48,080 nucleotides of DNA. Origin: Flavitalea sp. GTDB taxonomy: Bacteria > Bacteroidota > Bacteroidia > Chitinophagales > Chitinophagaceae. Numbering within the stretch: the first letter of the stretch is position 1; every line of letters starts with the position of its first letter. This document shows positions 25,820 through 35,788 of this stretch, in pieces. The stretch lies in NCBI GenBank assembly GCA_035526135.1, contig DATLDA010000057.1, positions 1 to 48,080 of the forward strand, in the 5' to 3' direction. Under the pieces are notes generated by a model, which did no database searches, was not told the origin of the DNA, and was given only the letters and a program-made list of their open reading frames with translations. Made by a program: the position numbers and the translations under genes.

Positions 25820-28417
25820 ATGGCCGTTACTACTTCAGAAACACCGCTGATGCAACAGCATAAGGCAATCAAGCAAAAATATCCTGATGCCATTTTGTTG
25901 TTCAGGGTAGGTGATTTTTATGAGACTTTTGGCCAGGATGCGATCCTGGCATCCCAGGTGTTAGGTATCACGCTCACCAAACGTAACAACGGCTCTCCGT
26001 CTTCGAGTGAATTAGCCGGATTTCCGCACCATTCATTAGATACTTACCTGCATAAACTTGTAAAAGCAGGATACAGGGTGGCTATATGTGATCAGTTGGA
26101 AGATCCAAAGCTGGCAAAGGGAATTGTCAAACGGGGTGTTACTGAACTGGTAACACCGGGAGTGGCCGTTCATGATAAAATGCTGGAACATACCAGCAAT
26201 AATTTTCTCGCAGCAGTTCATTTCAATGAAGCAAAGATGGGAATTTCATTCCTTGATATTTCTACCGGTGAATTTTTTGTTGCTGAAGGAAACCAGGAAT
26301 ATATAGATAAACTATTGCAGACATTAAAACCTGCAGAAGTAATTTTTCAACGCAATTTTCAAAAACATTTCAAGGAAACATTCGGCACTCGTTTCTATAC
26401 TTATACCCTTGAAAGCTGGATCTTCGAAAAAAATTATGCAGTCGAAAACCTTTTAAGACAATTCCAGACGCATTCATTGAAAGGATTTGGTGTGGAAGAA
26501 ATGCAGGAGGGACTCGTCGCAGCAGGTGCCATTTTACATTACCTGAAAGATACCGAGCATCCGCATCTTCAACATATTACCCGTCTCCAACAAATCGAAA
26601 AGGAAGAATACCTGTGGATGGATAAGTTCACCATACGGAATCTTGAATTACTCGGTGGCCCTTCAGAGCATTGCCAGAGTCTTCTGAAAACAATCGATAG
26701 CACCATTTCACCGATGGGATCACGTTTATTGAAACGATGGATCGTTATGCCGTTGAAGGATAAAGATAAAATCAATGAAAGATTAGACCTGGTGGAATAT
26801 TTTATCCGCGAGGTGGAGTTACGGAACAAACTTTCTCAGCATATCAGGCAATGCGGCGATGTTGAAAGACTGGTAAGTAAGATTCCACTCAAAAAAATTA
26901 ATCCGCGTGAGGTGCTGCAAATTGCACGGGGGCTGCATCATATCGATGAGATCAAAAAATTGTGCAGTCAGACCGATGTTGATCTGTTGAAAAGACTGGC
27001 AGATGCGCTCAACCCATGCCGTTATATTTTTGAAAGGATCATACGTGAAATTGCCGAAAATCCACCGGCGCTGGTAATGAAAGGAAGTGTTATCAGGATG
27101 GGGGTAGATGAGGAACTGGACCGGTTGAGAAGGATCGCCTCCGGCGGAAAGGAATATCTCGTATCAATTCAGCAAAAAGAAACAGAACTCACTGGGATCG
27201 CTTCTTTGAAGATTGGTTTCAACAATGTTTTCGGATATTATCTTGAAGTAACCAATTCTCATAAGCAGAAAGTTCCTGCCCAATGGATCCGGAAACAAAC
27301 GCTCACCAATGCAGAAAGATATATTACACAGGAACTGAAAGAATATGAAGAGCAGATCATGGGTGCAGAGGAGAAAATCCTTGCCATCGAGACTGCCGTT
27401 TATGAAAAACTACTCCTCGCCCTTCAGGACTATATCGCTCCCATGCAGGTGAATGGAAACATTTTAGCTATTATGGATTGCCTCCTATGCTTCGCGGGGA
27501 ATGCGCTGCAATCCAATTACAAAAAACCTCTCCTTCATGAAGGTCTGGCACTTTTTTTACAGGAAAGCCGGCATCCTGTTATTGAAAAAAATCTTGTGCC
27601 CGGTGAACAGTACGTCTCCAATGATATTAGCCTTGATCCGCTCTCGCAGCAGATCATTATCCTGACCGGCCCCAATATGAGTGGTAAAAGTGCTTTATTG
27701 AGGCAGACTGCACTCATTACATTGATGGCGCATATGGGAAGCTTTGTGCCCGCATCACATGCATCTATTCCGGTGACGGATAAAATTTTTACACGTGTAG
27801 GCGCTTCAGATAACCTGAGTGGTGGTGAGTCAACCTTCATGGTGGAAATGAATGAAACGGCAAGCATCATTAACAATATCACACCGCGAAGCCTTATCCT
27901 GCTAGATGAAATCGGGCGGGGCACATCGACTTATGACGGGATCTCTATCGCCTGGAGTATCGCTGAATATTTACACGAATCGCCACATAAGCCCAAAACA
28001 CTGTTCGCCACGCATTATCACGAACTCAACGAACTCGAAAACAAACTTTCACGCATCCGGAATTTTCATATCACTAATAAAGAAATTGCCAATAAAATTA
28101 TTTTCCTGCGAAAGCTGGCACCCGGAGGTAGTACTCACAGTTTTGGAATTCATGTAGCGAAAATGGCAGGAATGCCTCCGTCCCTACTGGAAAGGGCAAA
28201 TGAAATCCTGGGGCAACTGGAAGAAAAGCATGTCGAAGATCACTCGGGAGAGAATATAAAAAAACTTACCGTACCAAAAATGCAACTTTCTATTTTTGAT
28301 GCACACAGCGAAACATTCGACCAAATCCGCAGTTTACTCGAAGGCATGGATATCAATCGCCTGACTCCAGTCGAAGCGTTGTTGAAGTTGCAGGAAATAA
28401 AGGGGATGTTGAAGTAG
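25820..28417 (+). CDS. mutS: DNA mismatch repair protein MutS
   Basis: TPLMQQHKAIKQKYPDAILLFRVGDFYE at the N-terminus, Walker A TGPNMSGKS, LLDEIGRGTSTYDG and ATHYHEL. Confidence 0.97.
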   Translation: MAVTTSETPLMQQHKAIKQKYPDAILLFRVGDFYETFGQDAILASQVLGITLTKRNNGSPSSSELAGFPHHSLDTYLHKLVKAGYRVAICDQLEDPKLAKGIVKRGVTELVTPGVAVHDKMLEHTSNNFLAAVHFNEAKMGISFLDISTGEFFVAEGNQEYIDKLLQTLKPAEVIFQRNFQKHFKETFGTRFYTYTLESWIFEKNYAVENLLRQFQTHSLKGFGVEEMQEGLVAAGAILHYLKDTEHPHLQHITRLQQIEKEEYLWMDKFTIRNLELLGGPSEHCQSLLKTIDSTISPMGSRLLKRWIVMPLKDKDKINERLDLVEYFIREVELRNKLSQHIRQCGDVERLVSKIPLKKINPREVLQIARGLHHIDEIKKLCSQTDVDLLKRLADALNPCRYIFERIIREIAENPPALVMKGSVIRMGVDEELDRLRRIASGGKEYLVSIQQKETELTGIASLKIGFNNVFGYYLEVTNSHKQKVPAQWIRKQTLTNAERYITQELKEYEEQIMGAEEKILAIETAVYEKLLLALQDYIAPMQVNGNILAIMDCLLCFAGNALQSNYKKPLLHEGLALFLQESRHPVIEKNLVPGEQYVSNDISLDPLSQQIIILTGPNMSGKSALLRQTALITLMAHMGSFVPASHASIPVTDKIFTRVGASDNLSGGESTFMVEMNETASIINNITPRSLILLDEIGRGTSTYDGISIAWSIAEYLHESPHKPKTLFATHYHELNELENKLSRIRNFHITNKEIANKIIFLRKLAPGGSTHSFGIHVAKMAGMPPSLLERANEILGQLEEKHVEDHSGENIKKLTVPKMQLSIFDAHSETFDQIRSLLEGMDINRLTPVEALLKLQEIKGMLK

Positions 28418-28423
28418 TAGTAA

Positions 28424-28591
28424 GGTATGAGCTGTCAGCGGTCAGCAGTCAGCTGTCAGCGGTCAGCGGTCAGCAGTCAGCTGTCAGTAATCAGATATCA
28501 CCGTAAAAAATTTATTGTCAGTGACGTGTAATTGTTCATGTTAGAAATTCACGAGGTGGGACAGCTGATAGCTGATTGCTGAGAGCCGTAC
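28424..28591. repeat. Eleven-unit GNNNTCA heptad array plus complementary GCTGANN array across a convergent spacer
   Basis: ggtatga gctgtca gcggtca gcagtca gctgtca gcggtca gcggtca gcagtca gctgtca gtaatca gatatca (28424-28500). The partner gctgata gctgatt gctgaga gccgtac is at 28564-28591. Confidence 0.85.
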
Positions 28592-28599
28592 ATACAGCA

Positions 28600-29793
28600 C
28601 TACAAATAACTCAACCACCACTTCCTGTTCCGTTGCTTATATAAATCATATCGCTTCACCAGCGGATACAAGACGGCGATCACAAAAATCCAGACGGCAT
28701 ACACGACGGCAAGATTGAAGCCGAATGTCGGTGGCCGGAAGAGAAAAGGAAATTGCGGCGTAACGATCTGATTGGTGGTATGGCCGGTAAGGAAGAAAGC
28801 GATCACGCACAAGAAGTGTATCAGATAAAAGTGGAGTATGTAATAGAAAAACGGTACTCGCCCATAGATAGCAAAAAAAGAAGTAACCCTGTTTTGTATT
28901 TTTTCAAGGAATGCGAGTACAATGAGTGCCGGTCCAAGTGTCATGCAGGTGAATAGAAGACTTGGTGGATATTTCTGCACATTCAAAAAAGCAAGCACCG
29001 TTCTCCACCATTGTGACTGCGGCGCCCATTGCAATGGATTACCGTACGCATTGATCAGGCGCAAAACAATGAATAAAACTATTGCAGTTGTTCCAATTCT
29101 CAACAACCACTTCCTGCGTATAACAGGATCCACTTCTCTGCGATACAGCGCGCCGAAGCAATACCCTAATGCCATAACTCCCACCCATGGCAGAAAAGGG
29201 TACAAAATTGCAAGCACATGATTATCGGTAATGGGATAGATTGCGAAACTTCCTCGGTGCAGCAGATCCCACCAAAATCCGACTTTGCCATTTCTTGCAG
29301 CTTCGGGGTAATCAAGCAAATTATGACATAGTAAAATCACAAATCCGATCGTGAGAATAGCTTTGTACGGAAGCCATATCAGCAAAGAAAGCAGGATCAT
29401 GCTGATGCCGATGGCCCAAATTACCTGCAGGAAGATAATGTTGTATAAAGGATCAAATGATATTCCCAGTGAAACGATTACCACTTCAATGATCACCAGC
29501 CATAAACCTCTTTTAAAAAGAAATGAACTGAGTTCTTTTTTTGTTTTCTTTTGACCAGACAGATATGCAGAGGTTCCGGCCAGGAATACAAATACCGGTG
29601 CACAGAAATGTGTGATCCAGCGGGTGAAATACAATAATGGATATGTAGTGGCGGCATCAAGGGGATCTCTGGTAAAAGCTTCGTTGTGAAAAAAATCACG
29701 GGTATGGTCAAGCGCCATGATGACCATTACAATACCGCGAAGAATATCAATAGAATTAACTCTGTACCGGTTGGTGGCACCCTCCTGGATCAT
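28600..29793 (-). CDS. DUF1624 / HGSNAT-like acyltransferase family membrane protein
   Basis: IDILRGIVMVIMALDHTRDFF at the N-terminus and about 10 TM segments. Confidence 0.7.
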   Translation of the reverse strand: MIQEGATNRYRVNSIDILRGIVMVIMALDHTRDFFHNEAFTRDPLDAATTYPLLYFTRWITHFCAPVFVFLAGTSAYLSGQKKTKKELSSFLFKRGLWLVIIEVVIVSLGISFDPLYNIIFLQVIWAIGISMILLSLLIWLPYKAILTIGFVILLCHNLLDYPEAARNGKVGFWWDLLHRGSFAIYPITDNHVLAILYPFLPWVGVMALGYCFGALYRREVDPVIRRKWLLRIGTTAIVLFIVLRLINAYGNPLQWAPQSQWWRTVLAFLNVQKYPPSLLFTCMTLGPALIVLAFLEKIQNRVTSFFAIYGRVPFFYYILHFYLIHFLCVIAFFLTGHTTNQIVTPQFPFLFRPPTFGFNLAVVYAVWIFVIAVLYPLVKRYDLYKQRNRKWWLSYL

Positions 29794-29967
29794 AAGCAGT
29801 GAATTGAGGTTGCCTTAAAATACAAAAAGATCCGTTCACGATGTAAATAAATATATAATCGGTGGATGCTACACGGGAAAAACACCAATAGTTTAGTGTT
29901 TAAAAGCATAAAGTGAATGAGTAAAAAGGCAGGTAAGAAAGCGGAAAATATTTTTTTCGCCTCATAG

Positions 29968-30005
29968 AAAAAAGGCTTCGCCTCTTAAGAGGCGAAGCCT
30001 TTTTT
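29968..30005. terminator. Bidirectional intrinsic terminator
   Basis: Perfect 12-bp GC-rich stem aggcttcgcctc / gaggcgaagcct with loop ttaa, flanked by an A-run upstream and a T-run downstream. It lies 12 nt beyond the stop of the minus-strand OMP gene. Confidence 0.85.
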
Positions 30006-30016
30006 ATTTCACACCA

Positions 30017-30685
30017 TTAAAACTCAAACCCGACGCCCACCTTAATTACACGGTTATAGGATTTGAAATTTGAATTTTTATCAAGCCGCGACAATCCATG
30101 ATCATAGCCTGCAGTAATAGAAAAGCCATTATCGAATTTATATCCGGCACCGCCAACCACCGCAAAATCGAATGGATTGAACTGGTCTGTGATATCCATA
30201 TTCCTGTTGATCAATGAAAAACCCAGGATGCCCGCGTCCACATGCATGTTATTCTTAACAAGATAGGAAACCTGAGGACCTGCATACAACTGGAGTCCTT
30301 TTACCGGCATAACTTTCAACAGTAAGGGCACATCAATATAATGCGACTGTACCTGCAGTCTTGCATTGGCACCAAGAAACTCCAGCTTATTGACTTCTAA
30401 GTTCCCCTGAAGTGCATACCCTTTTTGCGAGTAGTATAAGCCGGGCTCAATTGAAACCATGTCTGAAACAGGTATTGCGGCAAAGCCACCGGCGAAAAAA
30501 CCTGTTCGCCCGCGTGTATCAACATACCCATTGGTAATAGTTACGAGGTTATTCAGGCTCTGCACAGCATCACCTTTCCAGCTTGCACTGCTCAAACCAG
30601 CACGGATTCCAAATTTCGTTTGTGCCTCCGCGTTAAAAATAAATAGAAATGAAATAAAGACGGACAGGGTAAAAATCTTTTTCAT
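30017..30685 (-). CDS. Outer-membrane beta-barrel protein (PorT/OmpW-like small porin family)
   Basis: Signal peptide, alternating amphipathic beta-strands, and a C-terminal aromatic ending VGVGFEF. Confidence 0.75.
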   Translation of the reverse strand: MKKIFTLSVFISFLFIFNAEAQTKFGIRAGLSSASWKGDAVQSLNNLVTITNGYVDTRGRTGFFAGGFAAIPVSDMVSIEPGLYYSQKGYALQGNLEVNKLEFLGANARLQVQSHYIDVPLLLKVMPVKGLQLYAGPQVSYLVKNNMHVDAGILGFSLINRNMDITDQFNPFDFAVVGGAGYKFDNGFSITAGYDHGLSRLDKNSNFKSYNRVIKVGVGFEF

Positions 30686-30857
30686 AGTAGTGTAAACAGG
30701 TTTTGTAACTGTTCACTATTTACAAATGGAAAAGTATGCCAGTTAGGAACCGGTTAACAAAAGAATTCGTTAAACATACCAGAGTATTCATACAAGTTGT
30801 TAAATTGTTTTTGTATGATCTTCTTGATTAAACTTTCAAAACATGTAAAAATAAATT

Positions 30858-32363
30858 TCAAAGAGTCTCCGGCAGGTGCAATGAATTCATGGTTGCAAAA
30901 TGCGACTTGACGGAATCGTACAAGCCGGTATATACCGGAAAAATTTTTTCATACACTGAATGCGCCTTTTCATCAGGGGAATAAACACGTTCTTCATCAA
31001 TGCTGAAAGCTGAAAACAATTTACCGTCCAAAACCTTAGCTGCCACCATAGCGGCTCCGGATGCGGAAGCATCTGCGTTGATTGAAACAGTGATTTCTTT
31101 CCCCATTACATCTGATAATAACTGAAGCCATTCGGGTGAAGATGTAAACCCACCACTGCAGAAAATCTTTTCGGCTGGACAAATACTTTCCTCCAGCATT
31201 TGCAAAACCTGAAATAAGGCAAAAGAGATTCCTTCCAACAACGCACGCATAAAATGGCGGTGATTATGTGAAGCATTTATTCCGAAAATAACACCGCGTG
31301 CAGCTGCATCCCACACAGGAGCACGTTCGCCTAACAAATAAGGAAGAAACAAAAGTCCGCCGGATCCGGGCGCTATTGTTGACGCATCTTTAGCGAAAAA
31401 AGTAAGGTCTGCATCAGAATCTATCTTTTTATTCAAAAAATTTTCAGCATACCATTTAACAGCAATTCCCCCATTGTTGATGGGTCCCCCTGCTACATAA
31501 TATTCTTCATCTAAAATATAATTGAACAGCGACGGATGCGTATGCCGGGCTTTTTTTGTCAACATCCTTACAGCACCACTAGTGCCAATCGTAAGCGCGC
31601 AATCCCCTACATTAACTGCATGGGATCCGATGGTAGCAAGACATCCATCAGTTGCTCCGATGATAAAGGGAGTTGATTCAGCCAGGCCCGTTTTGATTGC
31701 ATATGATTTATCCATCCCGGTCATAATATGTGAGACCGGAACCGGTTGAGAAAGTTGTCCGACTTCTACACCTGCCAGACGCAGCGCTTCCTTATCCCAT
31801 ATTTTTTGACGTATATCAAACAACCCGGTCGACGATGCCATGGAATGATCAATCACATATTCCCGAAACAGGTTGAAGAAAATATACTCCTTAATTGATA
31901 TGAATTTTGATGCCGTTTGAAAAATCTCAGGTTGTTCTTCCCGTAGCCATATCAATTTAAAAAGTGGTGACATCGGGTGAATAGGAGTACCAGTTGCCAG
32001 GGCAAGGCGGTTCCCGATTTCTGTATGCTGAAATCGGGAAGATTGTAAAGCACTTCGGTTATCCGCCCACGTGATGAGATTGGTCAACGGGTGATGATTC
32101 TTGTCCACCGCCATCAAGCTGTGCATGGCGGAACTGCAGCAAACAGCTTTTATTTCTGAATTGAACTTATATGCTACCTGTCTCAATGCAGAGATGAATG
32201 CTTCCAGCAGAATGTCTGATTGTTGTTCATGAATGCCTTCCGCGGATGGTAATGTTGCATACGAAACCGATGCCTTGTTGACCAGCTTTCCTTCCAGTGT
32301 ATACAATAATGCTTTTGTATTGGAAGTGCCTATATCAATCCCCAGATAATATTTCAGGCTCAA
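30858..32363 (-). CDS. FGGY family carbohydrate kinase (gluconokinase-like)
   Basis: YYLGIDIGTSNTKALLY is the FGGY N-terminal ATPase motif, with a C-terminal FGGY_C-like block (CSGGFTSSPEWLQLLSDVMG). The start appears to be TTG. Confidence 0.8.
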   Translation of the reverse strand: MSLKYYLGIDIGTSNTKALLYTLEGKLVNKASVSYATLPSAEGIHEQQSDILLEAFISALRQVAYKFNSEIKAVCCSSAMHSLMAVDKNHHPLTNLITWADNRSALQSSRFQHTEIGNRLALATGTPIHPMSPLFKLIWLREEQPEIFQTASKFISIKEYIFFNLFREYVIDHSMASSTGLFDIRQKIWDKEALRLAGVEVGQLSQPVPVSHIMTGMDKSYAIKTGLAESTPFIIGATDGCLATIGSHAVNVGDCALTIGTSGAVRMLTKKARHTHPSLFNYILDEEYYVAGGPINNGGIAVKWYAENFLNKKIDSDADLTFFAKDASTIAPGSGGLLFLPYLLGERAPVWDAAARGVIFGINASHNHRHFMRALLEGISFALFQVLQMLEESICPAEKIFCSGGFTSSPEWLQLLSDVMGKEITVSINADASASGAAMVAAKVLDGKLFSAFSIDEERVYSPDEKAHSVYEKIFPVYTGLYDSVKSHFATMNSLHLPETL

Positions 32364-32464
32364 TGATTGGTAAATTTATCCTTACACCCTCACATGGTAA
32401 TACCACATTGGAGATGGCAAACTCGATTTTGAAATGCCCCGACTAATTTTTGATACCTGTAGTT

Positions 32465-33847
32465 CTATTTATATACACACACCACGTATCCCCAAGGTTC
32501 AATGCCGAAATGATGATTTAGTGTAAATGGCTCTTTCACACCAAGGAATAAATTCATCGGTTCTCCCTTCAGACGCTCGTCAAGAATTTTGATCTCCTGT
32601 TTCTTTGCCGATAAATTAAGGATGACGGCAATTTTATTCTCTCCTTTTTCCCTGACATATGCATAGAGTGCTGAATCCGATCCCACCTTCACGCGGGTGA
32701 ATGACGCATCAGCTGCCAATGCCGGATTTTGACGCCGTAATTGCAACAATACTTTATAAAATTTTTCCCGCCGGTAATTACGGAAATTCATATTGTCTTT
32801 TTCAAAAAATGAAATGGCCCGCAGAACCGGTTCTTCCTGTCCGCTATAAATCAGTGGTACGCTTCGCGGAAGCGTTTGTGTCAACACTGCAAATGCAGCA
32901 TGTTTTAATCCAGGGAAAGTGCCAAAGTCACTCTTGTTCCAGCTATTCTCATCATGATTGCTGGTAAAGAATAATCTGTAAGCATTAGATGGAAATGTGC
33001 TGTCCTGTCTCATCATAAATGAATCGAGCGCGAGTGCATTCGTTTGTCCGGCTGCGATTTTTTTAATGGTTTGAAAAAAGTCCCATGGATAGCTGGCATC
33101 GAATCCCGCCAGGTGTACTTCGGCTTTATCCGCTTCGGCAAGTAGAAAAATTTCTTTCATCGCCCGCAGTTTGGGTATGCACTCTTTCCAGAAATTTACG
33201 GGCACTTCACCGGCTACATCCACCCGAAAGCCGTCGATACCGGTTTCTCTTATCCAGAATTGCATCGCGGAGATCATGCTGTCGCGCAATGCCATATTAT
33301 CATAATTCAATTCGCGGGTATCACTCCAGTCGAATGCATATTTTGCTTTACCGGAACTGTCTAAGTAATAAAAATTCGGATTTGTTTGTAGCCATTTGTG
33401 ATCGGCCCCCGAATGATTCGGCACCCAGTCGGTGATCACTTTAAATCCGAGATCATGCGCTTTCCTCACGAGCGATTTAAAATCCTCCATAGTCCCGAAC
33501 TCAGGATTTACGGTTTTGTAGTCGGAGACGGCATAATAACTTCCCAGTGTTCCTTTTCTGTCAATTTTACTTATCGGTGTAACCGGCATGAACCAGAGTG
33601 TTTCGACACCCATCGCTCGGAGTCTTGGAAGGTGCTTCTCAAAAGCTTTGAACGTTCCTTCCCGGGTATATTGTCTGACATTCACTTCATAAATATTCGA
33701 CTGGGCAACCCATGGCGCATGCTTCACCGTAACAATTGTGTCGGATTTTAGTTCCTGTACGGGTGGCTTCTCCTGCTGTACTGATTGACAAGCAAAGGTT
33801 GCAAGCAGAAGTAGAATCGGACACGAATGAAATGTGCGAAATGGCAT
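32465..33847 (-). CDS. GH13 alpha-amylase family glycoside hydrolase, secreted
   Basis: GH13 regions DWVPNHSG, GFRVDVAGEVP, FLLAEAD and FTSNHDEN are all present, so the catalytic Asp/Glu/Asp are intact. Confidence 0.88.
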   Translation of the reverse strand: MPFRTFHSCPILLLLATFACQSVQQEKPPVQELKSDTIVTVKHAPWVAQSNIYEVNVRQYTREGTFKAFEKHLPRLRAMGVETLWFMPVTPISKIDRKGTLGSYYAVSDYKTVNPEFGTMEDFKSLVRKAHDLGFKVITDWVPNHSGADHKWLQTNPNFYYLDSSGKAKYAFDWSDTRELNYDNMALRDSMISAMQFWIRETGIDGFRVDVAGEVPVNFWKECIPKLRAMKEIFLLAEADKAEVHLAGFDASYPWDFFQTIKKIAAGQTNALALDSFMMRQDSTFPSNAYRLFFTSNHDENSWNKSDFGTFPGLKHAAFAVLTQTLPRSVPLIYSGQEEPVLRAISFFEKDNMNFRNYRREKFYKVLLQLRRQNPALAADASFTRVKVGSDSALYAYVREKGENKIAVILNLSAKKQEIKILDERLKGEPMNLFLGVKEPFTLNHHFGIEPWGYVVCVYK

Positions 33848-33963
33848 GAAGAATTTTGGCGGAAGGTAAATGTTTTTTTTGCCGGGATCGCAGATTTGCG
33901 AATTTGGCCTTCTATCGTTATTTATGCATATTTGTAAAATAATTTTTCAAAATATTATCGATT

Positions 33964-34413
33964 ATGAGATTGTTGAAGCCGTTTTCCATGCTCACGTTGG
34001 TCATCACGTTACTGGCAGCCTGTAAGGAAGATCTCCCTACGATTATAAGCCGCAGAAACCTTCCTATGAGCGGGGCAAATGAAATACCTGCAAAAACAGG
34101 TTCCGGTAACGGCTCTATAAATATTGATTACAACCAAAGTACACGTATCCTCACTTACACCGTAACCTGGAATTCCTTAAGCGGACCTGTAACAGGAATG
34201 CATATTCACGGGTCCGCAGATAAATTCACGAATGCACCGATCCTGCAGAATTTCAGTGGCTACCCTACAACCCAATCCGGCACGTATACCGGGACTGTTC
34301 TCGTTGATGGTGTTGTGATCAAGGAAGAGGATCTTTTCCGGGGAGGTTTTTACATTAACATCCATACTGCTTTAAACCCGGGTGGCGAGATCCGTGGACA
34401 GATAGAATTTTAG
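33964..34413 (+). CDS. CHRD domain lipoprotein
   Basis: Lipobox LLAAC. CHRD pattern: L.G..E.P...GSG......Y......L.Y.V.W..L.G......HIHG, and YINIHT...PGGEIRGQI. Confidence 0.75.
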   Translation: MRLLKPFSMLTLVITLLAACKEDLPTIISRRNLPMSGANEIPAKTGSGNGSINIDYNQSTRILTYTVTWNSLSGPVTGMHIHGSADKFTNAPILQNFSGYPTTQSGTYTGTVLVDGVVIKEEDLFRGGFYINIHTALNPGGEIRGQIEF

Positions 34414-34446
34414 AAAACCGGAAAGTCTCTCGGACGGTGTTTATGT

Positions 34447-35574
34447 TTATATCATTTGCTGTAGCTTCCCGACAACATAATCTACTTCTTCTTTTGTATT
34501 TTCTTTGCTAAAGGAAAACCTGACTGTCACTTTGTTCGGGTCATTATTTACTGACCGGATTACATGGGAACCCTGGTCTGCCCCGCTTGTACATGCACTG
34601 CCGCCACTTGCGCAAATGTGATTGATATCGAGGTTGAAAAGTAACATTTCTGATTTTTCTGATTTCGGGAAAGCAACGCTCAACACTGTATATAGAGAGC
34701 GACCACACGGATCGCCATTGAATGCAACCTGAGGAATTTTCGTCTTCAACAAATCCATCATATAGTGTTTGATGCCCGTAATGTGTTCACGGTCTGCTTC
34801 AAAATTTTCTGTTGCCAGTTCCAATGCTTTTGCAAAACCAACAATACCATATAAATTTTCAGTTCCGGCACGCATATTCCGTTCCTGAGCGCCCCCGTGC
34901 ATATAAGGTTTGATCTTTACATTTTCGTTAATGTATAATAATCCGACACCTTTCGGACCATGAAACTTATGTCCTGCACCCGTAATAAAATGCACAGGAG
35001 TATTCCTTAGGTCAAGCGGAAAATGTCCGACAGTCTGAACGGTATCTGAATGAAAAATGGCACTGTACTGTTTGCATAGTTCACCGGTTTCATGCAGATC
35101 GATCATATTTCCAATCTCATTATTAGCATGCATAAGTGTTACCAGGCATTTCTCACGGATGGAAGAAAGCAGTTGTCTCAAATGGTTTAGATCGATATGT
35201 CCGTCGGGAAGTAATTTCAAAAAACTCAGCGCTGCCTCTCCACGGTGGTGAAGCATTTCAACGGTGTGTAACGTCGCATGATGTTCTATGGGAGAGGAGA
35301 TAATATGCCGGCACCCGAGGTCACGAACAGCCGCGTAAATAGCCGTGTTGGAACTTTCGGTTCCGCCGGATGTAAAAAAAATCTCAGCCGGGTGCGCATT
35401 CAGGATCTGCGCTACAGTTTTCCGGGCAGTTTCAATGGCAAGTCTGGTTTCACGTCCATAAGAATAAATCGAAGATGGATTCCCGAACTTTTCTGTCAGG
35501 TAAGGCATCATTGCTTCTAACACAGCAGGGTGAAGAGAAGTGGTAGCTGCATTGTCGAAATAGAAGCGTTTCAT
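34447..35574 (-). CDS. Cysteine desulfurase (class V aminotransferase, NifS/IscS-like)
   Basis: FTSGGTESSN, the PLP-lysine context GAGHKFHGPKGVG, and the catalytic Cys loop ASGGSACTSG. Confidence 0.88.
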   Translation of the reverse strand: MKRFYFDNAATTSLHPAVLEAMMPYLTEKFGNPSSIYSYGRETRLAIETARKTVAQILNAHPAEIFFTSGGTESSNTAIYAAVRDLGCRHIISSPIEHHATLHTVEMLHHRGEAALSFLKLLPDGHIDLNHLRQLLSSIREKCLVTLMHANNEIGNMIDLHETGELCKQYSAIFHSDTVQTVGHFPLDLRNTPVHFITGAGHKFHGPKGVGLLYINENVKIKPYMHGGAQERNMRAGTENLYGIVGFAKALELATENFEADREHITGIKHYMMDLLKTKIPQVAFNGDPCGRSLYTVLSVAFPKSEKSEMLLFNLDINHICASGGSACTSGADQGSHVIRSVNNDPNKVTVRFSFSKENTKEEVDYVVGKLQQMI

Positions 35575-35581
35575 GAGCGCG

Positions 35582-35589
35582 CAAAATTA
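35582..35589 (-). promoter_or_regulatory. Bacteroidota -7 promoter box TAnnTTTG (TAATTTTG on the minus strand)
   Basis: Exact motif 7 nt upstream of the cysteine desulfurase ATG at 35574. Confidence 0.45.
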
Positions 35590-35619
35590 AGCAGAAATGG
35601 GGGATGGACAATGCGCATT

Positions 35620-35784
35620 GGGCTATGAGTTATGGCTATGAGGCAAACTTTGGAATTCGCAGTTTGCGAATTTGGGGAGTTTTGGAAGTTTGGACAGTCT
35701 GGATGTTTGGGGAGTTGATAATTTTTACAGGGAGGGATACCTGATACCTAAAGCCCTCTGCTCATTGCTCACGGCTCATGGCCC
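35620..35784. repeat. Inverted pair of CTATGAG / CTCATNG heptad arrays with a nested TTTGG-word array
   Basis: Left arm gggctatgagttatggctatgagg (35620-35643); right arm cctctgctcattgctcacggctcatggccc (35755-35784). The spacer holds tttggaa..tttgcga atttggg gagtttt ggaagtt tggacag tctggat gtttggg. Confidence 0.7.
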
Positions 35785-35788
35785 AAGG

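Noticed and set aside
25320-25850. 176-aa plus-strand ORF spanning the trmH-mutS spacer
   Set aside because: It is antisense to the methyltransferase 5' end and then runs through heptad arrays. The sequence is low-complexity with no recognisable domain, and both neighbouring genes have their own promoters next to their starts.
28424-28500. Possible CRISPR array, given the regular short repeats
   Set aside because: The units are 7 nt and directly abutting, with no spacers. No cas genes are present and repeats of 24-40 nt are absent.
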